Below, piece after piece: positions 1 to 11,704 of a stretch of 64,000 nucleotides of DNA (position 1 is the stretch's first letter; every line of letters begins with the position of its first letter). Position numbers and translations under genes: made by a program. Source of the stretch: Octopus bimaculoides (lineage: Eukaryota); the NCBI RefSeq assembly GCF_001194135.2, contig NC_068995.1:41173359-41237358 (forward strand), given 5' to 3'. The notes under the pieces are model-generated. The model made no database searches. It worked only from the letters and a program-made list of their open reading frames with translations, and was not told the origin of the DNA.

Positions 1-1029
1 TCCTTAGTGTTTTGCATTAAATGCCTTGTGGTATTTCTTCTGCCTCTTTATGCTTTTACTTCATATCCCACTGAGTTCAATTTTGTGTTCATCCTTCTGG
101 GATTGATAAAATAATGTACAAGTAGAGTACTGGAGGTCATATAATTGGCTGTTCTCCACTCCAAAAATTTCAGGTCTTATACCCAAATCAGAGACAATTA
201 CTTAAGGCTGGTGGATTGGCAGTCATGAGAACATTGAACAAAATAGCTTGCGGCATTTGTTGTAGTTCTGTGATCCGAGTTCAAATTCTGCCAAAGTCAA
301 CTTTGCCTTTCATCCTCCCAGGGTCGATAAAATAAAGTGCAATTTGGTCCAAATGATTATAAAAGAGTGAGCTTTGCTCTAAGGAGTTGGTAGACATTGG
401 TGTTAAAGAAAGTGATGAGCTAAACCATACATTTTGAATACTCTTTTGCTGGTGGTTGTCTAAATAAGCAAAGGGCTTGAAATTTGGGGTGTGGTGTCTA
501 ATTAATTACATCAACCCATTGGGGATATCAGTAAAGTATTGATTTTACTGATATCTAGTTTATTGACCCCCAAAAGGAAAAGTTGACCTTGGAGGAATTT
601 GAACTCAGAATACCAAGCCAGAAGAAATACCTCAAAGCATTTTATTCCACCGTGCTTAATGATTCTGCCAGCTTGCCAATAAGTCATATTGCAAATATTA
701 GAATATTTTGAAATATTTGGAGAATTTCAAATATTGGACTATTCTGAAGATTCTGTTTACCATGGCCAAAGGAATGAGTCGTCTTCTTAGTTATTTCTTG
801 ATTTTTTTCTGTTTCTGTATTTTTTTTTTTGTTTTTTCATATTGGTTTAAAGAAAATGATTTGATTATGAAATTTCAATTAATGCTCTAATTGCTGGATG
901 TTAGACCAAAATGTGTGTATGTGGATATGTCTGTCTGTCTGTATGTATGTATAAAATATGAGTTTGCATCTGTAAAAGAACATGAAAAAAATATGGAATA
1001 TACTTGATAGAATTAACCACTACGCCATA

Positions 1030-1262
1030 AGCCCGTGGGTATATGGCGTAGTGGTTAAGAGCATGGGTTACTAACCCCAAAATTCCAAGTTCGATTCCAG
1101 GCAGTGACCTGAATAATTATAATAATATCGAAAAACACCTTAGGAATAAGAACCCAGGTTCGAAATTTCCCCTAGACATCTGATGAAGGCTGGTGGGTAT
1201 ATCAGCCGAAACATAACAACAAACAAGATGAGGACAAATATCCGTCAGTTGTAAATAATGTA
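1030..1262 (+). mobile_element. tRNA-derived SINE with Penelope-like tail containing a hammerhead-ribozyme-like core
   Basis: A box tggcgtagtggttaag (1044-1059), B box gttcgattcc (1089-1098), then CTGATGA (1180-1186), GGCTG/CAGCC stem and GAAAC (1208-1212). Confidence 0.65.
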
Positions 1263-1876
1263 GAATTAGTGGAGTTTATTCGTATTTTCAAAACTGGAGC
1301 ATCAGTTTGTTAAATGAGTTTCTCGTTAATATCATGTTCCAAAATCATCACCACCATCATCATAACTATTTGATGTCTGTTTTTCTATGTTGGCATGGGT
1401 TGGACTCACCTTGAATAATGAAATATTAGTGTTGAAGGGAAGCTTCAGCTTTGAATAGATGTGTGTATACTCTATTTGTAGGTTAAGAATGCAACCAATG
1501 GTTTCATGTGAAGTGTTCCTCACAATTGTTTAAGCATGCCACATGTAAATGTTGGTACTCATCTCCATTTTGTTGAGACACACACACACAGGTGCATGTG
1601 TTCACGCACGTGTGCACTTGCAGATGTATGAAGTATTGTATTATCATTATCATCATCTTCATTGTTTTAATGTGCACTTTTCCATGCTTGCATGGATCTA
1701 GGGAATTCATTGGGGTAGATTTTCTTCAGCAGGATGCCCTTCCTGTCACCAGCCATCATCTGTTTCAATGTAATATTTACCCTCAGCATGGCATGTTTTA
1801 TGGAAGATGGGTAATGAAGTACACTTCTTGTTTGATAGTGATGTTTGTGTAAAATCATCACTTGGTACCAAGATTT

Positions 1877-1915
<39 letters not shown>

Positions 1916-2370
1916 CATAATTGGCTTCTAGCAAGTTTCCATCTCACTATAAAGAGTTAGGTGAGTGGGTTCGGTAGAGATACTTGTCCAAGGTGCCATA
2001 CAGTGGGACTAAACTTGAAACCAACTGGTTGAGATGTTCATCACGATTCCATTCTGGTAGAAGTTGGTTGGTTCTGTTACAACTTATTTCTTAGTCATTT
2101 GTCATGTGACACACAATGGAGAAACAAAAAAAACATCAGATTTTGTAACCTAGCTGCAGATATGAATGTGTAGATAAGAAGTTTGCTTTGCAACCATATG
2201 GTTTCTGGTTCAATCTCACTACAGGGTGGCTAGGATGTCTTCTATTATAGATCTGTGAATTTGGAAGAAAGGAACTCTGTGAAGGCTTATATATATATAT
2301 ATAGCCTTGATAACATTAACATTTTTGAGGATATTAATATTAATTTTAATGATATTTTATATATATATAT

Positions 2371-2817
2371 CATCATCATCATCGTTTAACGTCCGCTTTC
2401 CATGCTAGCATGGGTTGGACGATTTGACTGAGGACTGGCAAGCCAGAAGGCTGCACCAGGCTCCATCTGATCTGGTAGAGTTTCTACAGCTGGATGCCCT
2501 TCCTAATGCCAACCACTCCGAGAGTGTAGTGGGTGCTTTTATGTGCCACCGGCACGAGGGCCAGTCAGACGGTACTGGCAACTGCCATGCTCAAAAATGT
2601 GTTTTTTACATGCCACCTGCACGGGAGCCAGTCCAGCGGCACTGGCAATGACCTCGCTCGAATGATTTTCTAACGTGCCACCAGCACAAGTGCTAGAAGG
2701 CAACGCTGGTGACGATTATGTTCAAATGGTGCTATTTACGGGCCACTAGCACGGAAGCCAGACAGCTGCCCTGGCAATGAACATGCTCAGACAGTGCTGT
2801 TAGTGCTCTACTGGCGC
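2371..2817 (-). mobile_element. RTE-type (GAT)n-tailed repeat, family C, with internal ~65-bp tandem units
   Basis: Sense tail ...acccatgctagcatggaaagcggacgttaaacgatgatgat and ttaggaagggcatccagctgtagaaac motif. About 20 copies in both orientations, e.g. 5665-5962(+), 7240-7530(-), 27830-28140(-), 34750-34940(+), 46430-46655(+), 48811-49145(-), 59330-59696(-). Confidence 0.8.
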
Positions 2818-3386
2818 AATGTATATATATATACATATTTGTTATATACATGTGTATATGTTAATGCAAGAGAAACAGTTGTCGACTTTATAAGGTGAGA
2901 TCTGTAATAAAGATATAGCTTTTCTCTATACATATTGTTATGTATAGATATTATGTGTGTGTGTCTTTGTATTTGTCTCTTACCACTTGCCAGCTGTTGT
3001 ATGTCATTGATTACTGTGGGAACCGGTCCATAGTAAATGAAGAGACGGACATTGTTGAATAGGTATGCAACAATTGCTTGCTGGAGGTAAACCTTGGGAA
3101 AGACTGTGTCGCTGAGATGATGGCAGTTAGGGAAGTGTGGCAGACACCAGTCAATGGAACCTTGGTGAGTTGGCAGAATTATTAGCAGAATCGTTAGCAG
3201 ACTTAATGACATTTCACTTGTCTTTACGTTCTGGGTTCAAATGTTGCTGAGGTCGACTTTGCTCTTCACCCTTTTGAGGTTGATGGATTAAGTACCAGTT
3301 GAGGACTGGGGTTGATGTAATCAACTTAACCCCCTCCCCCCCTTGAACTTGCTGACCTTGTGCTAGAATTTGAAACCATTATTATT

Positions 3387-3738
3387 TTTTTGATGAAATC
3401 TCACAGCTTATTTTGCTCGGTCTTATGGAAAGGGTCAGCTGTCCACAGCCAGCAAACTAAGGTGACACTTGTTTACTAATTATGCTTCAAGAACCCTGTG
3501 GAGAACTCTTGCAGTTCCAAGCAGCGATGATTTTTGTAGGTGTTCTATCTTTACTCTAGTACCAATCTTTTTGAACCATGTTGGTAGTTGAGTTCTGACA
3601 CTTTCAAGTGTGCCAGTTGCCATTGGTATCATTTCTAATCTCCTCATTGACAACAACCTTCGTATTTCCCACTTTCAAGTCGTCGTAATTGTTGACTTTT
3701 TCTTCTTCTTTCTCTATGATCCTGTTGTCACCAGAACA
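3387..3738 (-). mobile_element. 5'-truncated R4/Dong-type non-LTR retrotransposon fragment (C-terminus of restriction-like endonuclease domain plus 3' UTR)
   Basis: Minus strand reads CSGDNRIIEKEEEKVNNYDDLK, then a +1 frameshift, then WEIRRLLSMRRLEMIPMATGTLESVRTQLPTWFKKIGTRVKIEHLQKSSLLGTARVLHRVLEA* (stop at 3480-3482). The LQK..LLGTA.IL..VL end is typical of this clade. Confidence 0.8.
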
Positions 3739-4286
3739 TTATTATTATTGAGTGAGAGAGCAAGAGCAATGCATATCAACAAAGTGACACTGGGGTACAA
3801 ATGCACGAAGCCCAATATACCCATCATGACGACCCGTCTGATAAGGGTGCATCAAGCACATGCATCACAACCACATGTGCATGACATGGTGATCTCGTAT
3901 CAAGAGAAACTGTGCATAACTTTGCAAGTGGGTCCCAATTAGAATTTTCTTCTGGTCAAGTTGCCCATCGTGCTCAAAAATAAGATTTGTTTAAGGATCC
4001 ATGTTTCCCGGGGTGAATTATTCAAATCCCAAAGAATTCCTCTCAACACATGGCTATGATACTCCCCCACTACTCCTGCTCATGATCAAAGATGCACATA
4101 TCGTCAGCCACCAAGGGACATGCTCAACTGGTTATGGTCAAGCAACTGACAAGCAAGTCTGTGGTATTGAACAGAACATTTGCTGTAGCCCATCTTTTAT
4201 ACCAAGACAAAACATGTGCATGATAGCACTTCCAATCAGTTAAGATCAGAAGCCATGAGAGCCAGTGCTTGGTATTGCATCAGGGC

Positions 4287-4328
<42 letters not shown>

Positions 4329-4799
4329 GGTGGTAGAATTGTTAGCATGCTGGATGAAATGCTTAGCTACATTCCGAGTTCAAATTCCACCGAGGTCGAC
4401 TTTGCCTTTCATCCTTTTGGAGTTGATTAAATAAGTACCAGTTACATGCTGGGGTCAATGTAATCGACTTAATCCCCTCGCCTTTTATCCTTTCGGGGGC
4501 GATGAAATAAGTACCAGGTACACAATGGGGCAACTAGCCTCCTTCCCCACCAAATTTTCAAGGCCTTGTGCCTAGACTGAAAATAATTATTATTATCATC
4601 ATTATTTTTATTAAGGTGGCGAGCTAGCAGAATCACTAGCATGCCAGGTGAAATGCTTACCTGTATTTTGGCTGCCGAGGTCAACTTTGCTTGTCATCCT
4701 TTCAGGGTAGAAAAATTTAGTACCAGGTGAACACTGGGGTCAATGTAATCGACTTGTCCCCTCCCACAAAATGTCTGCCCTTGTGGTAAAATTTGAAAC

Positions 4800-4832
<33 letters not shown>

Positions 4833-4852
4833 CATTGTTGTTGTTATTGCAG

Positions 4853-4976
4853 CCTTTTACAAGAATGAGTGGCCTTGACCGTGTTAGAAGAATTGTTCAA
4901 GAGGAAGGACGGACAGCCAGGAATCTTGTGCAGTACAATTTACCACTCCAAGAGAGACCTGTCAGTGAAAGAAGCA
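4853..4976 (+). CDS. SCAPER: SCAPER exon 1 in window: (PFTR)MSGLDRVRRIVQEEGRTARNLVQYNLPLQERPVSERS; ATG at 4865, frame open from the acceptor
   Basis: Acceptor ttgcAG 4851-4852, donor GTaagt 4977, ends in phase 1. Confidence 0.9.
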
Positions 4977-7900
4977 GTAAGTTTACCAATTCTTTTCCTT
5001 TTGAAGTTTTGCTTTGTGTAATTGTCCTCCTCCTCCTCATTTAATGTCTGCTTGAATGGTTTCTTAGAATCAGGAATTTATGTACAACTGAGGAAACTAA
5101 AATGAATCCTTTATGAATATATTGAGTAGAGGATGTTGGCTAATTTGGAGAAACGTTTGATTAGTGAAAATAATGGTTGAGCCTGTAAGTGGTTACTTAG
5201 CTTGCTAGAAATAATAACTAAACCTCTCTCAAGTCAGGCTCTTCTATAGCATAATCAGGAGATAAAGAACAGACATTGATAACCATTTCTAGGGTCTCCA
5301 ATATTGGTGCAACTAAAACCAAGAAGGATTCAGTGGATAATGTAGTGCTTCACAGCCCCTCCTTAAAAAGGTCTGGCCGTGGGTGGACTGCTTTTGATAA
5401 TTGTTTTACTTGGTTTACTCAATCAAGATTGAACTGGGACTAGATAGCAACAGCAATCCTTGACCTGATAGATGATTTATTTAATACAGATCAATATCTT
5501 GTTGTGTTTGTGTGTGAAATCAATATTGTCCAGATTTTATCATGAGGTGGCGGTACATATGTACTAACAACGGCGGTACATATTCTAAAATTGGAACGAT
5601 GCTGAGATTAGCATGGCCCCTGTGTAATGATGACATGCAAATTCGTGAAGTGTTCCATATTTTTGTAAAGACATTCGAGCGAGATTGTTGCCAGTGCCGC
5701 TGGACTGGCTCCTGTGCAGGTGGCACATAAAATACACCATTTTGAGCGTGGCCGTTGCCAGTACCATGTGACTGGCCCTCATGCCGGTGGCACATAAAAG
5801 CACTCACTACACTCTTGGAGTGGTTGGCCTTAGGAAGGGCATCCAACTGTAGAAACTCTGCCAAATCAGATTGGAGCCTGGTGTAGCCATCTGGTTCACC
5901 AGTCCTCAGTCAAATCGTCCAACCCATGCTAGCATGGAAAGCGGACGTTAAACGATGATGATCTAATACTTTTATCATAATGTTATTACTAAGAATAATG
6001 ACAACGGACCGAGATTCTGGTGATATGAAGTTCTTAAGAAAACCTTTCCACGTCAGTGAAACCGAGATCCAGAAACGCTGTGTGTTCCACCTATATGTAA
6101 CAAGAAAACTTATCATACACCCTACCCCAACAAACCAAACTACATCTCTTTGACGAACTATACTTATCTCTCACACTCCAGTTTTGTCCTCTCGGCCCTG
6201 TCCACTGCATCATTGCTATCCAGTAGCCCACCCCCAACTATATACCCAGGTTTTCACCACTCACCACATTCCCCTCCCCCACTCTCTACTCATGCTTCTT
6301 TGGCAATCCCCTGCCACTTAGATTATGACCTCCATACCTCAAGGGTATTCCCTGGCATTTCCACCATCTATCTATCTATCTATCTATCCCTTCTTTTACT
6401 CAACCATCCCATCTATATTCTGATCCCCCATCCCTTGTGAGTATGCCTGGCATTTTGCCACCATCTTTCTCCTGCTCTCTCTTGCACTCCTGCTGTCTTC
6501 CACTCTCTCTCTCTCTCCTTCTCTTGCTCTTCCTTCATGTTGGATAACCATGTATCCCCCCCTTACAGCAGCACACCTGTTTTTGTCCTCATTTTTCTCT
6601 CTCTCTCTGGTTGGGTAACCATGTGCCTCCCCTACAGCAAGACACCTGTTTCTGATTCTTTGACTCACTATAACCATTCACCATCTGACACAGGACCCCC
6701 CCCTCCATTGCCCCCTTCTTTCTCATCTCAAAGATTCCTTGTTTTGCAAGTTACTTGGTGGTCCTGCCAGTGCTGGTGCCATGTTAAAGAGACCGATAGA
6801 ATAAGTACTAGGCTTACAAAGAAGAAGTCCTATCCACAGTCAAAAAACTGAAACAAGTAAAAGAGTAAAGAGACATGCTGGACTGTGCAAACCTCAACCC
6901 TGACTTTATGAAGATCTTCATCACTTGTGATGAGACATGGGTTTATGGTCTCTGCGTGATGTGTTTGGTCATCTTGCATGGAAATGAAAATCTGACGAGT
7001 GAGTAAGTACTACATGTCTGTACTCTAGGTGTAACAGCTGGGAACTGATGCAGCCTACTGGTGCAAAAATGTTCATGCATGCACAGGAAGGGTGTCATCG
7101 CCTCCCACCCAAAGCATTTTGCTGACACGACATTAGTTTTGGAAGAAAAAAGTAAAGTTAGATACTTTTTGAATGCACCTCATATACATACTCACAAGTG
7201 TATAAAATAGTGGAAAAATATATACCAAAGATATTTCATCATCATCATCGTTTAATGTGCACTTTCCATGCTGGCATGGGTTGGATAGTATGACTGAGGG
7301 CTGGCAAGCCAGGAGGCTGCACGAGGTTCCAATCTGATCTGGCAAGGTTTCTACAGCTAGATGCCTTTCCTAGCGACAACCACTCCGAGAGTATGGTGGG
7401 TGTTTTTTACATGCCACCAGCATGGGGGTCAGTCAGGCGGCACTGGCATTGACCACGCTCGAATGGTGCTTTTTACGTGCCACCAGCACAGGTGCCAGTC
7501 AGGCGGCACTGGCATCGGCCATGACTACGATTTCACTATAAGATAATATTTTCTGGAAACTGTGAAGACTTCACAAACTCAGAGCTTCTTGTAACTAATC
7601 AACAAACAGTTGTTAGTATTTAGATCAATGCAATAGTTTATAACTGTTCCTAATTACCAAGTCAGTGAATAAACATTTAAAGCTACCATTTCTAGCCGGT
7701 GGAATAACTACATAGAGGCTTCTTTGTTGGTTTGAGTTGCCATCTTGTTGATGATAGGGATGTCGAGAATTATATTTTTGTCCCTTTGTGTTTCCCAGGC
7801 AGAGCAGTGACACGACAATGGAGAATGAGTTCCAAGCTGCGGTCTGTGTCGGTTTCAGCCAAAGACAAGATGATGTGTGGCAGTGGTATTTCCACCCTCA

Positions 7901-9328
7901 AGTGCTTCCAGGATTTAACTAAGTCACCAAAATCTGACAGTAGTACCAAGAGAGCTGATGTGAGGGCCCGCTATTGGGCATTTCTATTTGACAATCTTCA
8001 GCGTGCTGTCGACGCTATTTATGAAACTTGTGAACAAGATGAAAGTGTTGTTGAATGCAAGGTAAGTTATATAATTCTTCTGTCTCCTGTCCGCTTTGTT
8101 TGGCAGTGGCTGAGATGACTGGCAAAATAATTTTTAAAATGTCACATTCTTTGCTGATGTGATCAGATTAAAATTAAAACATGCAAATTTTTGTTTCCCA
8201 TATATGCCAAAGACATTTAATATACTTTGTAGTATGTTATGATAGCATAATGAAATACGGTGTTTCTACAAGTCATTAATATGTATGTACCAACTAACAG
8301 GAATGTGTTTAATATGTAAAATTAGTATATCCAATAACGTAACTGTGCTATTGTGGATGGTTAATAGGTTGAATGGGTGTTGATGAAGGAGCAAAACTCC
8401 TGGAATATGGCATATACACCCATTATCCATCTTTCATCTTCACTTGCACTGTTGTTTATATTAGACATACAAAATCAGTGCTAATCCATTGTTGATTCTC
8501 TATTAATTTAGATTTACTGAATCATAAGAGCATCACATGAAATGGCTTGCTGTATTATTCTGGCTCTTTGCATTCTGAGTTCAAACCTTATTGAGGTCAA
8601 TTTTTTGTTTAACATTTTGGAGTTGATAAAGTAAAGTACTAGTCAAGTATTCAGGTCATGTGATGATGTGAGAAACAATTATTGTGGGTGGTGGATTGGC
8701 AGAATTGTTAGAGCACTGGTAAAAATGCCTTGGGTTTGGCTCCCTATGTTCTGAGTTCAAATTCTGTCAACCCTGTTTTGCCTTTCCTCATTCTTTTGGT
8801 GAGTGGACTGGTGAAGGTGGGGTGTCCTTGAAGTACCAGTTGAACACTGGAGTCGATGTGATAAATAAGCCCCTCCCTCCAAATTTCAGGCCTTGTGCCT
8901 ATAGTAGAAAGAATTCTTATTATTATTAAGCTAGTATGCTGGTAGACTTATTTGAATGTTGGACAAAATGCTTTGCAGTATTTCTTTCTATTTCTGCATT
9001 CTGAATTCAAACCCTGCCATTGTCAACTTGGCCTTTCATCCTTACAAGTTTGATAAAATAAAATAGCAGTTGCGCCCTGAGGTCAATACAGTCGACAATC
9101 CCCTGCCCAAAACTGTTGGCCTAGTTCAAAAATTTGAAACCATTGATATTATCATTTTTATTATTTTCTCTATTTTTCCAGGAAGTGATCATGATGTTGG
9201 AGCAGAGCACCAAAGATTTTAACTGTTTGATAAAAAGACTGCAGTTATTACGAGATTTTGATAATGCTGCCAAAGATGGTGACCGGTTAGTGTAACATAT
9301 GCATACATATATGTCTGTGTGTGTGTGT

Positions 9329-9359
<31 letters not shown>

Positions 9360-9662
9360 GTTTGTGTGTTGTAGCCCATGCTATCATGGAAAGCGGACGT
9401 TAAACAACAATGATGATGATGATATATATATATATATGTTTGTGTTTTTATATATATATATATGTATTATATGCACACGCACATATACATATAAGTACTA
9501 GTATCTATCTGTATCTATCTGTCTATCTATCTGTCTATCTGTATCTATCTGTCTATCTATCTGTCTATCTGTATCTATCTGTCTATCTATCTGTCTATCT
9601 ATCTATCTATCTATCTGTCTATCTATCTGTCTATCTATCTATCTNNNNNNNNNNNNNNNNNN

Positions 9663-9697
<35 letters not shown>

Positions 9698-11376
9698 TCA
9701 TCATCATCATCATTTAACATGCATGTTCCATATTGGCATGGGTTGGACAGTTTGACATGGAGTTTGCTAACTGGAACTATCCAGACTCCAGCTGTCTGTT
9801 GGGGCATGGTTTCTATGGTGGATGCCCTTCCTCATGCCAGGAAAGTTTGCACTTATGGACATTGAACTTATCTCTTTTGATAGAAAAGAAAAACCACCAA
9901 ACCCTTAACCCTTTAGCATTTAAACTGGCCCAAATATTCTGTTTTATGTTCAAACTGGCCAGATCCAGCACCTCATACATACCTTACAATGTCATTCTAA
10001 AAATAATCACATCTTGAAAATCTTGAAGCTACAAGGTAGTACATGATTAATTTTAAAAAATGTTAATAAATAGGTGCAGGCATGGCTGTGTGGTCAGAAG
10101 CTTGCGTGGCACCTTGGGCAAGTGTCTTCTAGTATAGACTAGGGCCAACCAAAGCCTTGTCAATGGATTTGGTAGACGGAAACTGAATGAAGCTTGTCAT
10201 GTATATATTTATATATATATATATATTTATGTGTGTGTGTGTCTTTGTATCTGTGTTTGTCCCCACCACCATTGCTTGACATTGTAACTTAGCAGTTCGG
10301 AAAAGAGATTTATAGAATAAGTACTGGGCTTACAAAGAATAAGTCCTAGGGCCAATTTCTTTGACTAAAAAAACCCCTTCAAGCATGGCTGCAGTCAAAT
10401 GACTAAAGTAAGTAAAAGAATAAATAAGGATTACATTTGATAAATTAATCTGAATGCTAAAGGGTCAATGCAGTTGCAGTTTTTCTAGGATGATGTCCCT
10501 ACCTGCAACCAAATTGTAACAGCTTAATTAATAAATTTAATGAGAATTTATTCAATTGATTTACTCTTTTTAAAAAATTTTTTTTTACCTGTTTTGTGTC
10601 TCATATTAATTTTTGTTGCTTATTTTTTCAAATTTCTAGTCCTATTTCAATTGCTTGGGAAGTAAGAAAAATGTCACCTGGTAAAACCACATCTCACAGT
10701 CCGATACAAGATTGTTGTTCTCCGACATCTGCCCAGCGGGTTCTCAACTTTGGCACATCAAATGCCACAATTCAACCTTTGGAGTGAGTATTTTGTAACA
10801 AAGTAAAATTCAGTTTGAATGTTATATTCTTGACATAACATCACCGTCATTCTTTAATATCTGTTTTCCATGCTGGTATGGGCTGGATGGTTTGACAGGA
10901 CAAGAACTGGTCAGTCAGAGAACTGTCCAGACTCTAGTTGTCTGTTTTGGCACAGTTTCTTTGACTGGATGCCCCTCCTAATGCCAGCCGTTTTACAGAG
11001 TGTGCTGGGAATTTTTTGTTTCACCAGCACGGGAGCATTGACATAGCACCAGCAGAAGTGCATCTCATGTGGCATCAATGTGAGTGCATTCTACGTGGCA
11101 TCAATGTGAGTGCATTCTATGTGGCACCAGCAACTGCAAAACAAAAACCTCTCAGCCGGGAGAGGGATTTGGGGGGGGGGCATGGCCATAAAGAACATAA
11201 TTGTATGTATGCATTGTAACAATTATCATTTTCCACATTACTAACTTCATCTGTGGAATTGGCAGTTATATCTTCAGCATCATCATCATCATCATTTTAA
11301 TGTCCATTTACCCATGTTTGCATAGGTCAGATGAAATTCTTTAAGGCAGTTTTTTTCTACAGTTTTGGGTTATAAT

Positions 11377-11409
<33 letters not shown>

Positions 11410-11667
11410 CTCACTTTTGGTGAGTGGGTAAGTTAATTACAACAACCACAGTGCTCACCTGGTAGTTACTCAACTGGTAATCAAGCCCAAAAGGATGAAA
11501 GGCAAAGTCGACCTTGGTGGAATTTGAACTCGGAACATAAGGATGAAATGCCACTAAGCACTCTGCCAGCTTACCAACTCAGAATTTGAATGCAGAACGT
11601 AAAGATGGATGACATGTGACTAAGCATTTTGTCCAGTGTCCTAATTATTTTGCCAGCATGCTACCTT

Positions 11668-11704
<37 letters not shown>

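Noticed and set aside
3750-4290. Non-repetitive-looking segment with short ORFs, possibly a decayed LINE 3' end
   Set aside because: No recognisable motif in any frame, so it cannot be classified by eye.
5561-5664. Functional U6 snRNA gene
   Set aside because: The ACAGAGA box is mutated or deleted, there are CpG-decay substitutions, it is fused to a retroposon, and no recognisable upstream promoter is present.
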